Source of the DNA: an uncultured Gammaproteobacteria bacterium
GTDB lineage: Bacteria; Pseudomonadota; Gammaproteobacteria; CAWCPV01
Assembly (NCBI GenBank): GCA_963797555.1
Contig: CAWCPV010000020.1
Location: 61,003 to 125,002, forward strand
Direction: 5' to 3'
DNA length: 64,000 nt
The notes beneath the pieces were generated by a model. It made no database searches. It was not told the origin of the DNA and saw nothing but the letters and a program-made list of their open reading frames with translations. The position numbers were made by a program, and so were the translations under genes. Below are positions 1-9,167 of the stretch, in pieces (the stretch's first letter is position 1; each line of letters starts with the position of its first letter).

Positions 1-1223
1 ATGTGTTCCCGCACCCCGCCGGTGAACCGATCGATAGCGTTGTGCATCATGAGCTGGAGGTCTTCCTTCCGGAACGCTACGAAGGTGTCGTCGATGAAGA
101 CCCGGCCGGCTCGGCCTCTCTCGTCTTCTCGCGCGTGTTCCTTGCCGTCGCGGGCATAGCCGAAGAGCGCCCGCACTTCTGGACAGCGATCCGACTTGTC
201 GTAGCTGACGAGGTCTTCCATCTCGTTTGCCCAGCGCCCGGCCAGGCGATTGGCGTGGAAGGCCACCCGGTGTGCGATCGCTCCCTTGACCGAGGAGGCG
301 GGGATCAGCAGTTGGGCGGCAATCGGCTCGGCTTTATTGTCGTTCCAGATCACCCGCTGCTCCAACTTGGGCAGCAGGTCTGCCGGCTTGCCCTCGCTGT
401 CCCTTCTAGTGGGCGTATCGCCCTGGCCGATGCGCCAGAAGGCTCGGGGTTTCAATTTGAGTGTGGCGATCACGAAGCGAGTGACGGTATCCGTGCCTGC
501 TCGGCCGGGGTTCACCTCGCTCAACCCCGTGGTATTGTCAAGCCTGCGCGACTGGGCGGCAAAGCGGCGCCGTCCCTCTGCTGTTCGGAGGTTGAACTGA
601 CCTGAGTGCACCCGAACGACCCTTAGCCGACCGAGTCCGGCCCGAACCGCACCACCCAGGCGAAACACGGGATGGGCCAGCAGGTCCAGCAACTGGTTCC
701 AACGTAGATCGTCCGCCCGGTCGCTCCACAGAGACAGCTCAGTGCTGAAGCGGTAGCCGGCCGGCAACACGGCTCGGTCGAACTTGCCGGTGTCGGTCGC
801 CGCGCCCCGGTGGCCGATGCGCACCCGGTCACGATGGACAGGCGCAGCTTCCGCCTCGTAGGCAGCGCGCAGTAGGGCATCGGTTTCCAACCGCTCACGG
901 TCCCGCCCGGGCAGCAAGCCCTCCACAGGGCGTCCCTGGCTGTCCTGGATGGCTCCCCAGGACACATGCAGCCGCGACGGCTCGCCTTCGTCCTTCTCCT
1001 GAAAACCGAACAGCGCTTGCATTGACGCCTTATCGTGCAGGTCCCAAAAAAGATGCCGCAACACCCCGGCAAGCGCGGAACCCGGCAGGGCTGGAAAGCC
1101 GTTGGCGTCCCGCACCAGAATCACATCGAACACCCCGTCTGCGCCGCCCGCAGCGATGGACAGGGGCGTGGCCGCTTCGAGGGTTATGCGTGCCAGGTAG
1201 TAGTGGGGAACGTTGGGGGTCAT
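1..1223 (-). CDS. Type III-D RAMP protein, Cas7-Cas7 (Csm3-like) fusion; 3' end outside window
   Basis: Not in the ORF track (no stop in window). Manual translation from ATG 1223: MTPNVPHYYLARITLEAATPLSIAAG..FDVILVRDANGFPALPGSALAGVLRH..RLGGAVRAGLG, then a second RAMP with LLIPASSVKGAIAHR..ALFG..AGRVFIDD..HNAIDRFTGG; ATGA overlap with csx10 stop. Confidence 0.85.
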   Translation of the reverse strand, partial: MTPNVPHYYLARITLEAATPLSIAAGGADGVFDVILVRDANGFPALPGSALAGVLRHLFWDLHDKASMQALFGFQEKDEGEPSRLHVSWGAIQDSQGRPVEGLLPGRDRERLETDALLRAAYEAEAAPVHRDRVRIGHRGAATDTGKFDRAVLPAGYRFSTELSLWSDRADDLRWNQLLDLLAHPVFRLGGAVRAGLGRLRVVRVHSGQFNLRTAEGRRRFAAQSRRLDNTTGLSEVNPGRAGTDTVTRFVIATLKLKPRAFWRIGQGDTPTRRDSEGKPADLLPKLEQRVIWNDNKAEPIAAQLLIPASSVKGAIAHRVAFHANRLAGRWANEMEDLVSYDKSDRCPEVRALFGYARDGKEHAREDERGRAGRVFIDDTFVAFRKEDLQLMMHNAIDRFTGGVREH

Positions 1224-2746
1224 CGGCGGGTCTCCTGTTTAATGACGGCCATCACCTCGCGCGCCAGCAGTTGAACGAAACGGGGGTCCGGCTCGGTGCC
1301 GAGGACCTCACGCAGCCAAGCGGCGAAGCTGCGGGTGGGATGATTTCGGTCGTCCCAGTGCTCGTCACTCCAGCCGGGCGCGGAGGGCTTGCAGACGCCG
1401 TTGTTCTCGTCGAATAGTTTCCGGGCCAAGTCTCCGCGCGCGGCCTTGGCCTCTGCCAGTGCGCTGCCCCACTGACTCGCCGAGGGACCGATCTCCGCCC
1501 TGTCCGCTAGACCCTTGAGACGGCGGGCTGAGCCGAGCAGTGCTCGGTATTCGTGGGCGAGCTCGCGCGCACGGGTAGCGCTATCTTGGCGGACCGACTG
1601 ACTCTTCCATCGTTCCTCCAACCACTCGACGAGCGGGCTGACCGGACGTTGTGGCTTTGCAGGTTCTGCGGCAGCCTTCGCCGGTGTGGCGAAGTGTGGC
1701 TGCTCGGTCGCCAGCAATGGCGAGTCAAGCGAAACCTGTCCCAGACCTGCCTCCCGGTGGGCGCCGAGTCCGGCGGCAATGCGTGCTCGCTCCATCTCGT
1801 TGAGTGAGCGTTCGAGCTGAAAAACTAGGACGCTGCCTTGGGCGAGCACCTGGCGTTCCAGATCCGGCCCGCCTCGGTGAGCATTCCAAGGGGAGTAGCG
1901 GCGCACCCGCACGAAGCTCTTATTCGCCAGCAGATCGCCCCGTGGCAGGCCCAGCGACTCTGGTCGCGGCGTCAGGGTGGGCTGACCGAAGTCGTCCAGG
2001 GCGGCCAAGTCAGAGAGCAGCCACATGATTGTCTCCTTCATCTTGGCCCCATCTCCGAGTGGGAGAGGAAGGTCCAGTGCCGCTCCAGGATCAGCCACGA
2101 TTTCTCGGATCTCGACACCGGCACGGCCGTACTCGGCACTCCGGGAGCGGCCTAGAAGGACCTCTTGCATCAGTACCTCTCCAAGCTTGTCAAGCAGCCC
2201 GTCGGAAACGTCAGCATCGGCGGTAACCCGTGAGGCGAAACGCTGCCCCGCCGAGAGGGAGTCGTAGCCGAACAGGGCCGCCTCACGGGCCCTGCCGGTC
2301 GTCGGGTCAATGGCGGTCTTGAGGCGCAACGCCTGGGTGGGCACGCATAGCTCTCCGCCAGCCGTGACATAGCCTCGCCGCAATTGCTGTGGTTGGTGCC
2401 CGTGAGGAAGTTCGTCCAGCAGCCCCAGGTGCCAGATGCGCTCGCCGACGAGCCGGCCACCTTCCTCTGCGCGCTCACCCTTGATATGGTGCCAGCAGAA
2501 CGGCACGGGCCAGGCGCGTTCACCGTCCTCGGCGATAGGCAGGCCGTTGCCGAAACGGACCCTGCCGGAGTGAAACAGCAGAAAGGCATCCACAGTCGGG
2601 AGCGTGCGGTAGAGCTGTGCCGCGGCAGCGCCGAGGATGGCGCCTCCCGGAATGTAATCGAGTCCGCGATGCCCCCCCTCAGTGGCGGCCCGCTCACTGA
2701 AGACGCAGTCGTCCTTCAAGGTCAGGAACAGGTCGAAACCCTTCAC
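1220..2746 (-). CDS. csx10: Type III-D Csx10-like RAMP (two RAMP domains) with helical C-terminal extension
   Basis: LDYIPGGAILGAAA, TAIDPTTGRA, G-rich loops LGRSRSAEYG and GLGAHREAGLG; coupled in operon with cas10/cas7. Confidence 0.8.
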   Translation of the reverse strand: MKGFDLFLTLKDDCVFSERAATEGGHRGLDYIPGGAILGAAAAQLYRTLPTVDAFLLFHSGRVRFGNGLPIAEDGERAWPVPFCWHHIKGERAEEGGRLVGERIWHLGLLDELPHGHQPQQLRRGYVTAGGELCVPTQALRLKTAIDPTTGRAREAALFGYDSLSAGQRFASRVTADADVSDGLLDKLGEVLMQEVLLGRSRSAEYGRAGVEIREIVADPGAALDLPLPLGDGAKMKETIMWLLSDLAALDDFGQPTLTPRPESLGLPRGDLLANKSFVRVRRYSPWNAHRGGPDLERQVLAQGSVLVFQLERSLNEMERARIAAGLGAHREAGLGQVSLDSPLLATEQPHFATPAKAAAEPAKPQRPVSPLVEWLEERWKSQSVRQDSATRARELAHEYRALLGSARRLKGLADRAEIGPSASQWGSALAEAKAARGDLARKLFDENNGVCKPSAPGWSDEHWDDRNHPTRSFAAWLREVLGTEPDPRFVQLLAREVMAVIKQETRR

Positions 2747-3345
2747 GACGCACCCTCCAGGGTCAGAACGGCTCGCCCGAGCCCACGCGAGCGACGTGCC
2801 CCCACTCCCTGCACCAGCGGCAACGCCATCTTGACCAATTCCGGCCAGCGCGACGCCAGATCAGCATAGCGAGCGCCAAGCACGATATGCACCTGCGCGT
2901 ACAGGGTGAGGGGCACCACCATCTCGATGCCACGCAGGGTCTTCTCCCTGGCGGTGCCCGTCTCGTGCTCGATCCCGGTACTAAAATGGCTGCGATAGAG
3001 CCCCTGGGCAAGATCTCGATGCTCTGAGAGGTAGGCTGCCTCATCCTTCGGGAGGGCGGCGTCGGAGAAGCGCAACAGCCCAGGCCAAGTCTTGGCGCCT
3101 TCCCGGCCATAGGGACCGAATAGCTGATCGGCGACGCTTGCCGCGTCCGCCGGAACATCAGGGTAACCACCAAAGACTTCCCAGCGGTGTACTGCATTGC
3201 GCAGCAGGCCCTTGACCGTGCGTCCGGGCAATGCAGGTAACCCTCGCGCATTGCGATGGGTGGTGGCGTCCAGATAACTGCCCTGGCCGCGCCCGGTGCC
3301 AGGATGCCAGTAGCTCACGATCTCAATGCGCAAGCGGCAGCTCAT
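2743..3345 (-). CDS. Type III Cas7 (Csm3-like RAMP)
   Basis: WHPGTG..YLD..GLPALPGRTVKGLLR, QLFG, LRFSDA, VGARRSRGLG. Confidence 0.88.
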   Translation of the reverse strand: MSCRLRIEIVSYWHPGTGRGQGSYLDATTHRNARGLPALPGRTVKGLLRNAVHRWEVFGGYPDVPADAASVADQLFGPYGREGAKTWPGLLRFSDAALPKDEAAYLSEHRDLAQGLYRSHFSTGIEHETGTAREKTLRGIEMVVPLTLYAQVHIVLGARYADLASRWPELVKMALPLVQGVGARRSRGLGRAVLTLEGAS

Positions 3346-4946
3346 GGGGTCACCTCCCGTGTCTGAAGACTCCGTCCATTGTTCAGAGCGTTGCCGACGG
3401 AACGCAGCATGACAACGTCGCCCAGTGGCGAGCGGCGTAATCCCTTTGCACCTGCCGGTCCATATGGCAGGTCGTTCGTGGGCTCTACCTGGGCGAGGCG
3501 TTTTAGCAGGCTATCGAATCTGTCCAGGGACTCGCCCAGCTTCTCCGCCATCACCTCGCGCCAGCGGGCATAGTGGCGCACTGCTTGATCCGGGGCGCGG
3601 CCGAGCAGCCCCAGCAGCTCGCGAGCAGCACCACGGGCCATCCGCGGCTCATTGAGGAGCCGCTGCAGTGCCAGCAACTCATCCAGGACTGGCAGTCCTT
3701 TCCCCGGCTCGATCGCGTAGCATTCGAGGGTCTGGCATAGACGACCAGTGGTCAACTCGCGGTCTAGGACCGTCTCGAAATCATCTAGGAGGGTCGTGGT
3801 GACCCGGTGGAAGGTGAGGGCAGATGGCACTGCATCACAGTCTGGCGCATGCTTAGCCCAGCGCTTGGCATGCTTGCACAGGTCCTCGGCCAGTTCATGG
3901 AGCAGGTAGAAAGGTTGGCTCGCGTTGGCATAGGCGATACCAGCACAGGCCGTGAGCTGCTTGGGCAGTTGCTCCAGCGCGTGTTCACCGCGCAGTTTTC
4001 CTAGACTCTTCTCGCTCTCAGCGGCAAAGGCTGCCAGGAAGCGGCGGGTGAAATCGAGGGCCAGATCGGCCCGCACAATGATAGTGAGATCATCGCCCCC
4101 TAGTACGATGGGGCGAGCCGGATACACCCCATCCTGACCTCTTGATGGCGCAAGCACCTCCTGCGTCGCCGCCTGGGCGGCGCGGCGAGTCGCATCCGTT
4201 ACGGCAGCCGAGAAGGCATGAAAGATCTGCACGTAGTCATTCGGTCGGCTCTTGGCAACTTGACCTAGCTTCATTAGGAGCTGGCCCAGCCCGTTGCCGT
4301 CGGCATGGACCAGGGCGATGGTGCGTTCCTCCTCTGTAAAGGGGAAGTTGCGTTCCCTGCCCTCCCCCTCTTCGGGGCTGAGGTTCAGCGGCCATGCGTC
4401 CCGGTCGTCATCTGGTGCAAAGCGGGCAGCTATTTCCCTCCCCTGGGCAAAGTCAAGCTTGCGCCGGGTAGCGGCATCCACAGGCTCCTTGTCCGAACTG
4501 CCTTTCTTGGTGGCAAACCCGCTCGCGGAGTCCCCGGTGCGGCGACTGCGCACCGCGAAGGGGCCGGCTTGGGGCAGGCGCATGACCGGCCGGTTGCGGT
4601 CGGCAAGGAGGAGACGCTGTGCCTGATCGAATGCCTCGTGCGCCGTGCCCCCCTGCCCCTGTGCTTGAACGAATTCTAAATCGGGGGCGTATTGGCGCAC
4701 CACCAGAGGCCATAGCATGGCAAGCCGCTCGATGGTCTCCGCGTCGGTGCTGAAAGCATAGAATGCTCCGCCACCGCGGCGGGAAAACCGAATCTCGCCG
4801 TCCACCGCTTCGAGAACGTCTTCCAGAAGCGAGCCAGTCAGGCCCTCGACTAGCTCGCTCCCCCCGACAATCTCCTTCAATCGGTTAGTCGCCAGAATAT
4901 AGGACTGAATGGACTTAGCTTCGAACAGGTAAGAATGGTTCGCCAT
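3342..4946 (-). CDS. cas10: Cas10 large subunit (type III-D), no HD domain
   Basis: N-terminal SIQSYILATNRLKEIVGGS, palm motifs HADGNGLG and PIVLGGDDL, TACAGIA; 534 aa, starts directly at the palm region. Confidence 0.9.
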   Translation of the reverse strand: MANHSYLFEAKSIQSYILATNRLKEIVGGSELVEGLTGSLLEDVLEAVDGEIRFSRRGGGAFYAFSTDAETIERLAMLWPLVVRQYAPDLEFVQAQGQGGTAHEAFDQAQRLLLADRNRPVMRLPQAGPFAVRSRRTGDSASGFATKKGSSDKEPVDAATRRKLDFAQGREIAARFAPDDDRDAWPLNLSPEEGEGRERNFPFTEEERTIALVHADGNGLGQLLMKLGQVAKSRPNDYVQIFHAFSAAVTDATRRAAQAATQEVLAPSRGQDGVYPARPIVLGGDDLTIIVRADLALDFTRRFLAAFAAESEKSLGKLRGEHALEQLPKQLTACAGIAYANASQPFYLLHELAEDLCKHAKRWAKHAPDCDAVPSALTFHRVTTTLLDDFETVLDRELTTGRLCQTLECYAIEPGKGLPVLDELLALQRLLNEPRMARGAARELLGLLGRAPDQAVRHYARWREVMAEKLGESLDRFDSLLKRLAQVEPTNDLPYGPAGAKGLRRSPLGDVVMLRSVGNALNNGRSLQTREVTP

Positions 4947-5215
4947 GCATTGACTCTCCCTCGTTTAGGTATTCGTGATAACCGCGCGCTTACGTCGCCT
5001 CGGATCATGTGAAGGGTTTTAATCCTTCATCACATCATTGATGGACGATCGGGACAGATATTGTCCATTACACCCCCCTGTTGCGTGCGGCCTCTATCAT
5101 GGCATCAACACCCGCTGGTAGTAGTAATGGAATAGGCCTCGGCACATTCCAGAGGATTCGATCCGTCCAGCGAACCATGGCCCCACGATACGATATATCG
5201 CTCGAATCTCCTCTG

Positions 5216-6396
5216 TCATCGCGTTTCTCCTCCTCCTTCGTGGTCTCCAGAAACGCTTACCCACCGGATAGCCTCCGGCTGGAGCTTCAACCCGTACCGG
5301 GTCCGCGGGCGATCCCCGAAAGCGTGGATCTTATAGGGCTGAGCGCCCGGGCCAAGCATGGCGCCGAGGCGGGAGTGCAGCTCGGACTTGCGCTCCATGA
5401 AGGTCCCGCCGTCCATTCCTTTCTGCAATCGCTGTCTGGCGCGGTCGTCGTCGCCCATCTCGCCGATGATCGCCCGGTACTCGCGCAGGAAGGCTTCTGC
5501 GAGGGGGACCTCGGCGCTACGCTTCTCGTCGTCTTTCGGCGGGCAGGGCACGGGCGGCAGCCCCTGCGCGCGGCGGCGGGCGAATAGGCTCAGGAAGGCC
5601 AGCTCCGTGGGTGGCAATTCGACGATCACCCCGCTCGCGCGGACCCGCCGACCCGGCAAGTCTATCAGGAGCTCTGCTGGCCCGAACGCCCGTTGTGCCG
5701 CGGCTACCGTCTCGCATAACGTAGCGCGGCCCGCCAGCAAGGCATTGGGCATCCCATGGCGCAGGCTGTAGAAGGGGATGTCGGCCAGCGTGACGCGGGC
5801 GGCGGCCGTGTCAGCCAGCTTGTTCTCGCGCACGCTGATGACGCGGCTGTAGGGAGTAGGGTAGAAGAAATCCCAGCTCGACTCGAAGGCTCGCTCACGA
5901 GGCAGTGGGAGAGCCGGTCCTGGGGTCGGCCGAACAGGGAGATCGCATATCCCAGGTAGAAGCCCATGGTCTTGCGCCCGCCGGCAATGGAGCAATGGAG
6001 GGCCCAGTCGGGATCGGCGGTCAGCTCGCGGACGTTCTCGGTGATGAAATCGGCGGCCAGGCGGTTCTCCTCGGGGCTGCGATTGTCGTCGAGGGGCCGT
6101 CCCCGCGGATCGGTCAGCACGTGGATATGGTCGGCCCCAAAGGCGCTCGGAGGCAGATGGTAGTCCCGGATGAGGCGGCGAAACCAGCCCGGGTCCTCGG
6201 AGACCAGGGCAAGCCGTGCCCGCTCGGCCCCTTCGAGGGTGGTGATGAGGTGCACCTCCGTGGGGACGAACGGCGGCTCGGAACACACCGCCAGTGCATA
6301 TAGCGTCTCGGTCACCACCTGGGGCGTGAGCCCAGTGACGGCCAGCAGAACGCGCCGCGCATAGGTCTCAGGTCGAGCTCGGTCGTAGGTGTCCAT
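5216..6396 (-). CDS. NE0113-family (TIGR02584-like) CARF-fold CRISPR-associated protein, predicted ring nuclease, with wHTH-like C-terminus; 1-bp frameshift near 5889
   Basis: LLAVTGLTPQVVTETLYAL, SIAGGRKTMGFYLGYAISLFGRPQDRLSH (ORF 5704..6606) continues as FESSWDFFYP..LADIPF in ORF 5216..6286. Confidence 0.85.
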
Positions 6397-6459
6397 GGCG
6401 GCTACTATAAGCGGAGGCCGGCTTGCCGGTCCGCTCCCGCAAGCTTGCCGGCCTGGCTC

Positions 6460-6500
6460 GCGGGTGACGCAGACCGTGCGCTTGAGGACGTGCCCAAAGG
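6460..6500 (-). pseudogene. Short relic resembling a cas6 motif
   Basis: 34/41 nt identical (manual count) to 7705..7745 inside cas6; encodes FGHVLKRTVCVTR versus LGHSLRRTVCVTR. Confidence 0.6.
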
Positions 6501-6906
6501 CTGCCTTCCCTCGTGCACAATAATCGCGCCAGCGGTCCGGCGAAAAGGTGCGACTGTCGCTTATCGCCCGGGTTGGCCGGCGTAATGCAAGCGCCGAAAG
6601 CTCCAACTCTTTGCAACTCTGCTACCAAGCCGCGGAGGAGGCCTGATGCCCCCCGGCGACCATCCGCGTGTTCCTCGCGGGCGATCCATCCACGCATCGG
6701 TGATTGTCAAGCTGCCTTCGGCTGCCAGACGTTCCGCAAAGCCGCAACTGGTGTAGTGGTCCATGCCTCTCAGCCCACGTGGAACACCGTGATGATTACG
6801 ACATAGCTGCCCCGATCGTCCTGATCGCCACCCCGATGCGCTGACGCCAAGCCAAAGAACTCCGGCGGAAGCGAGCGGCATGCGCCGCTGTGCGAAGAAG
6901 GGATGC

Positions 6907-7863
6907 CTACGACTCCGCGATGGCGTAGCGGCCGAGCCCCATGCTGGTCCCCTTGCCGGCGTGGGTCCACTGCCCTAACCAGAGATAGGGCCAGAAGGGC
7001 TCCATGCCGGTCATGTCCAGATCGACGGTGCCGAGCAGCCCGCCCATCTCCATGGTCGTCCCCTGACGGGAGGAGTAGCGCGTCCAGTCTTGCCACCGCA
7101 GCGCCGTGGAGGGCCGCGGAACCCGGCGGGCGGCGGTCATGAGGCCGGCGAAGTCGGTCTTGAGAGGCGTGTCGGTATGGAAGTAGGTCAGCATGGAGAT
7201 GCGCCGCAGCAGGCTACCGAACAGGTCTCGAAGGTCGAAGTTGTCCGGCCCGACGAAATGGCCGTCGCGCTTGATCCGCAGTGGGGTTTCGAGATGCAGG
7301 CGGACCTTCTGCGGCATCTCCGGCGGCATCGGGACCTGGGGCGGCTGGGCGCGGAGCGCGTCACCCGGCCGATAGACCCATTCCCAGGAATCCGGCGAGC
7401 CCGTCTGCTGCCAGACCTGATCCAGATGGAACGGCGTCCGTGCGCTCCCCAAGCCCTCTTCCCCCGCCTGCTGCAGCGCGTGTACCAGGTAAGGGAGGTA
7501 CTGATTGCCGCGCCCGAAAAGCACGAGGCCCAGGGGATACGGGACGCCCCCACCGGTCTCCTCGGGCGTGGGCATCTCCAGGACGAACGGGTGCGGCGCC
7601 GCGTTGTAGCGGCGCATCTTCTGCGCCTGCGGCGGAGGTGGCGTCTCGAAGACGTAGGGGTAGGCGCAGGAGCCGATGAGCAGGCAGCCGGCGCACGTGG
7701 GCAGGCGGGTGACGCACACGGTGCGCCTGAGGGAGTGACCCAAGGCGCCGCGCCAGGCCGATCCCGCGTACGCGGGCAGCCTGGGCTGGCCGGCGGTCAC
7801 GAACTCCAGACGGTAGCGACCGACGGGCAGCTCGGGAGCTACCGCATAGGGTGAGGGTGGCAA
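6907..7863 (-). CDS. cas6: CRISPR pre-crRNA endoribonuclease Cas6
   Basis: GSAWRGALGH, Cys cluster CVTRLPTCAGCLLIGSC, C-terminal G-loop HAGKGTSMGLG; TTG start with GGGAGG RBS. Confidence 0.88.
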   Translation of the reverse strand: MPPSPYAVAPELPVGRYRLEFVTAGQPRLPAYAGSAWRGALGHSLRRTVCVTRLPTCAGCLLIGSCAYPYVFETPPPPQAQKMRRYNAAPHPFVLEMPTPEETGGGVPYPLGLVLFGRGNQYLPYLVHALQQAGEEGLGSARTPFHLDQVWQQTGSPDSWEWVYRPGDALRAQPPQVPMPPEMPQKVRLHLETPLRIKRDGHFVGPDNFDLRDLFGSLLRRISMLTYFHTDTPLKTDFAGLMTAARRVPRPSTALRWQDWTRYSSRQGTTMEMGGLLGTVDLDMTGMEPFWPYLWLGQWTHAGKGTSMGLGRYAIAES

Positions 7864-8134
7864 GATTTCCTCCCTGATGTGCGATGCGCGGCCCCGCGCT
7901 CTTGGAATAGGTCCCGAGGGCAGCGCAAGCACAGTGTAGACCACGGAGCCGGGAGTGCAGGAGCCGCATGCTTGCCGCAGCGGCCGTCGGCCGCGCCTCC
8001 GCCAGCGGTGCTGCGGCGCACCCTTGACTTGCCTGGGAGGGCGTCCCATAGTGGCTCGCCACAAATCGAGGGGTCAGGTTCCGGCATCCTGGAGCCACGG
8101 CCGAGCCCGCTAGAGATGTCAGCAGGAGGTCACC

Positions 8135-8764
8135 ATGAACCTGGTGCAGCGCGCCAAGAACATCATCCTGAATCCCGCCGAGGAGTGGCCGGTCATCGAA
8201 GCCGAGCAGGCGGACATGGCCGGACTCTACAAGAGCTATATCATTCCGCTGGCCGCTATCGCACCGGTCTGCTCGCTGATTGGCATGTGGCTCGTCGGCA
8301 TCCGCATACCGATCGTCGGCACGGTATTTCACGTCTCGTTCGGCCATGCTCTGGTCTACAGCGTGATCTCCTACCTGCTCACCCTCGCCGGGGTGTTCGT
8401 CGTCTCGCTCATCGTCAATGGCGTCGCCCCCTACTTCGTGGGCGTGCCGGACCGCATCCAGTCCCTCAAGGTCGTGGCTTACGCGAGCACACCCGGCTGG
8501 GTGGCTGGCGTGCTGCAGCTAGTGCCAATGCTGGGGCTGGCGACCCTGCTGCTGTCCCTTTACGGCCTCTATCTGCTCTACAAGGGGCTGCCGGTCCTCA
8601 TGAAGTCGCCCCCCGAGAAGGCCCTGGGCTACACGGCGGTCGTGGTCGTCGGGGCGGTCATCGTGTTCTTGGTCATCGGCTCCATCACACACTCGTTCAT
8701 CCGCCTGCCCGCACCCGATCTCCACATGACGCCGTCCCAGCTCCCGTCCGAGCTGACGCAGTAA
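8135..8764 (+). CDS. Yip1-domain membrane protein
   Basis: MNLVQRAKNIILNPAEEWPVI start, about 5 TM segments, LYGLYLLYKGLPVLMK; AGGAGG RBS. Confidence 0.85.
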   Translation: MNLVQRAKNIILNPAEEWPVIEAEQADMAGLYKSYIIPLAAIAPVCSLIGMWLVGIRIPIVGTVFHVSFGHALVYSVISYLLTLAGVFVVSLIVNGVAPYFVGVPDRIQSLKVVAYASTPGWVAGVLQLVPMLGLATLLLSLYGLYLLYKGLPVLMKSPPEKALGYTAVVVVGAVIVFLVIGSITHSFIRLPAPDLHMTPSQLPSELTQ

Positions 8765-8787
8765 GCGATCGGGTGAAGCGGCCGCCC

Positions 8788-9057
8788 TCAGGTCGCCTGC
8801 TTCAGCGCGCGCAGCTCCGCCAGCAGGGGCATCTCCTGGTACGCTTCGTCGGGCACACGTTCCCAATCGATACCGGACGGAGGCAAGGGCGGCTAGTCCA
8901 CCCGGATGACCTCGTCCGGGGTGACGATGACGGCCACCGGGAGGTCGTGGGGATGCGTCGGGAAGCCGCGCACCACTTGCAGAGGATGGACCGTGGTGAG
9001 CACCGGCACCGGCGGGTGGCCGAGCTCCCGGAGGATGGCATATTCCAGGTCGGTGAG
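8788..9057 (-). pseudogene. C-terminal fragment of 5-formyltetrahydrofolate cyclo-ligase-like protein
   Basis: DLEYAILRELGHPPVPVLTTVHPLQVV..HDLPVAVIVTPDEVIRVD*PPLPPSGIDWE; in-frame TAG at 8893-8895, no N-terminus. Confidence 0.7.
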
Positions 9058-9167
9058 GGGCCCATGCGGTGCACGGCCGGCTGACGCAAATCAGAGCGCC
9101 TGGCCGAGCGTGCCGGGCCACTTCCGCAGATGGCACCGCAGGCGGCCCCAGGGCACGCCCGGCCGTC

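Noticed and set aside
3-1072. Track ORFs 3..605 (+) and 623..1072 (-)
   Set aside because: Shadow frames of the Cas7-Cas7 gene running off the edge
4947-8134. CRISPR array near the cas genes
   Set aside because: No regularly spaced 25-40 bp direct repeats found in any intergenic gap here or elsewhere in the window
8893-8895. In-frame TAG as possible recoding
   Set aside because: The gene lacks its N-terminus and TAG is a normal stop elsewhere (e.g. lysS); simple pseudogene
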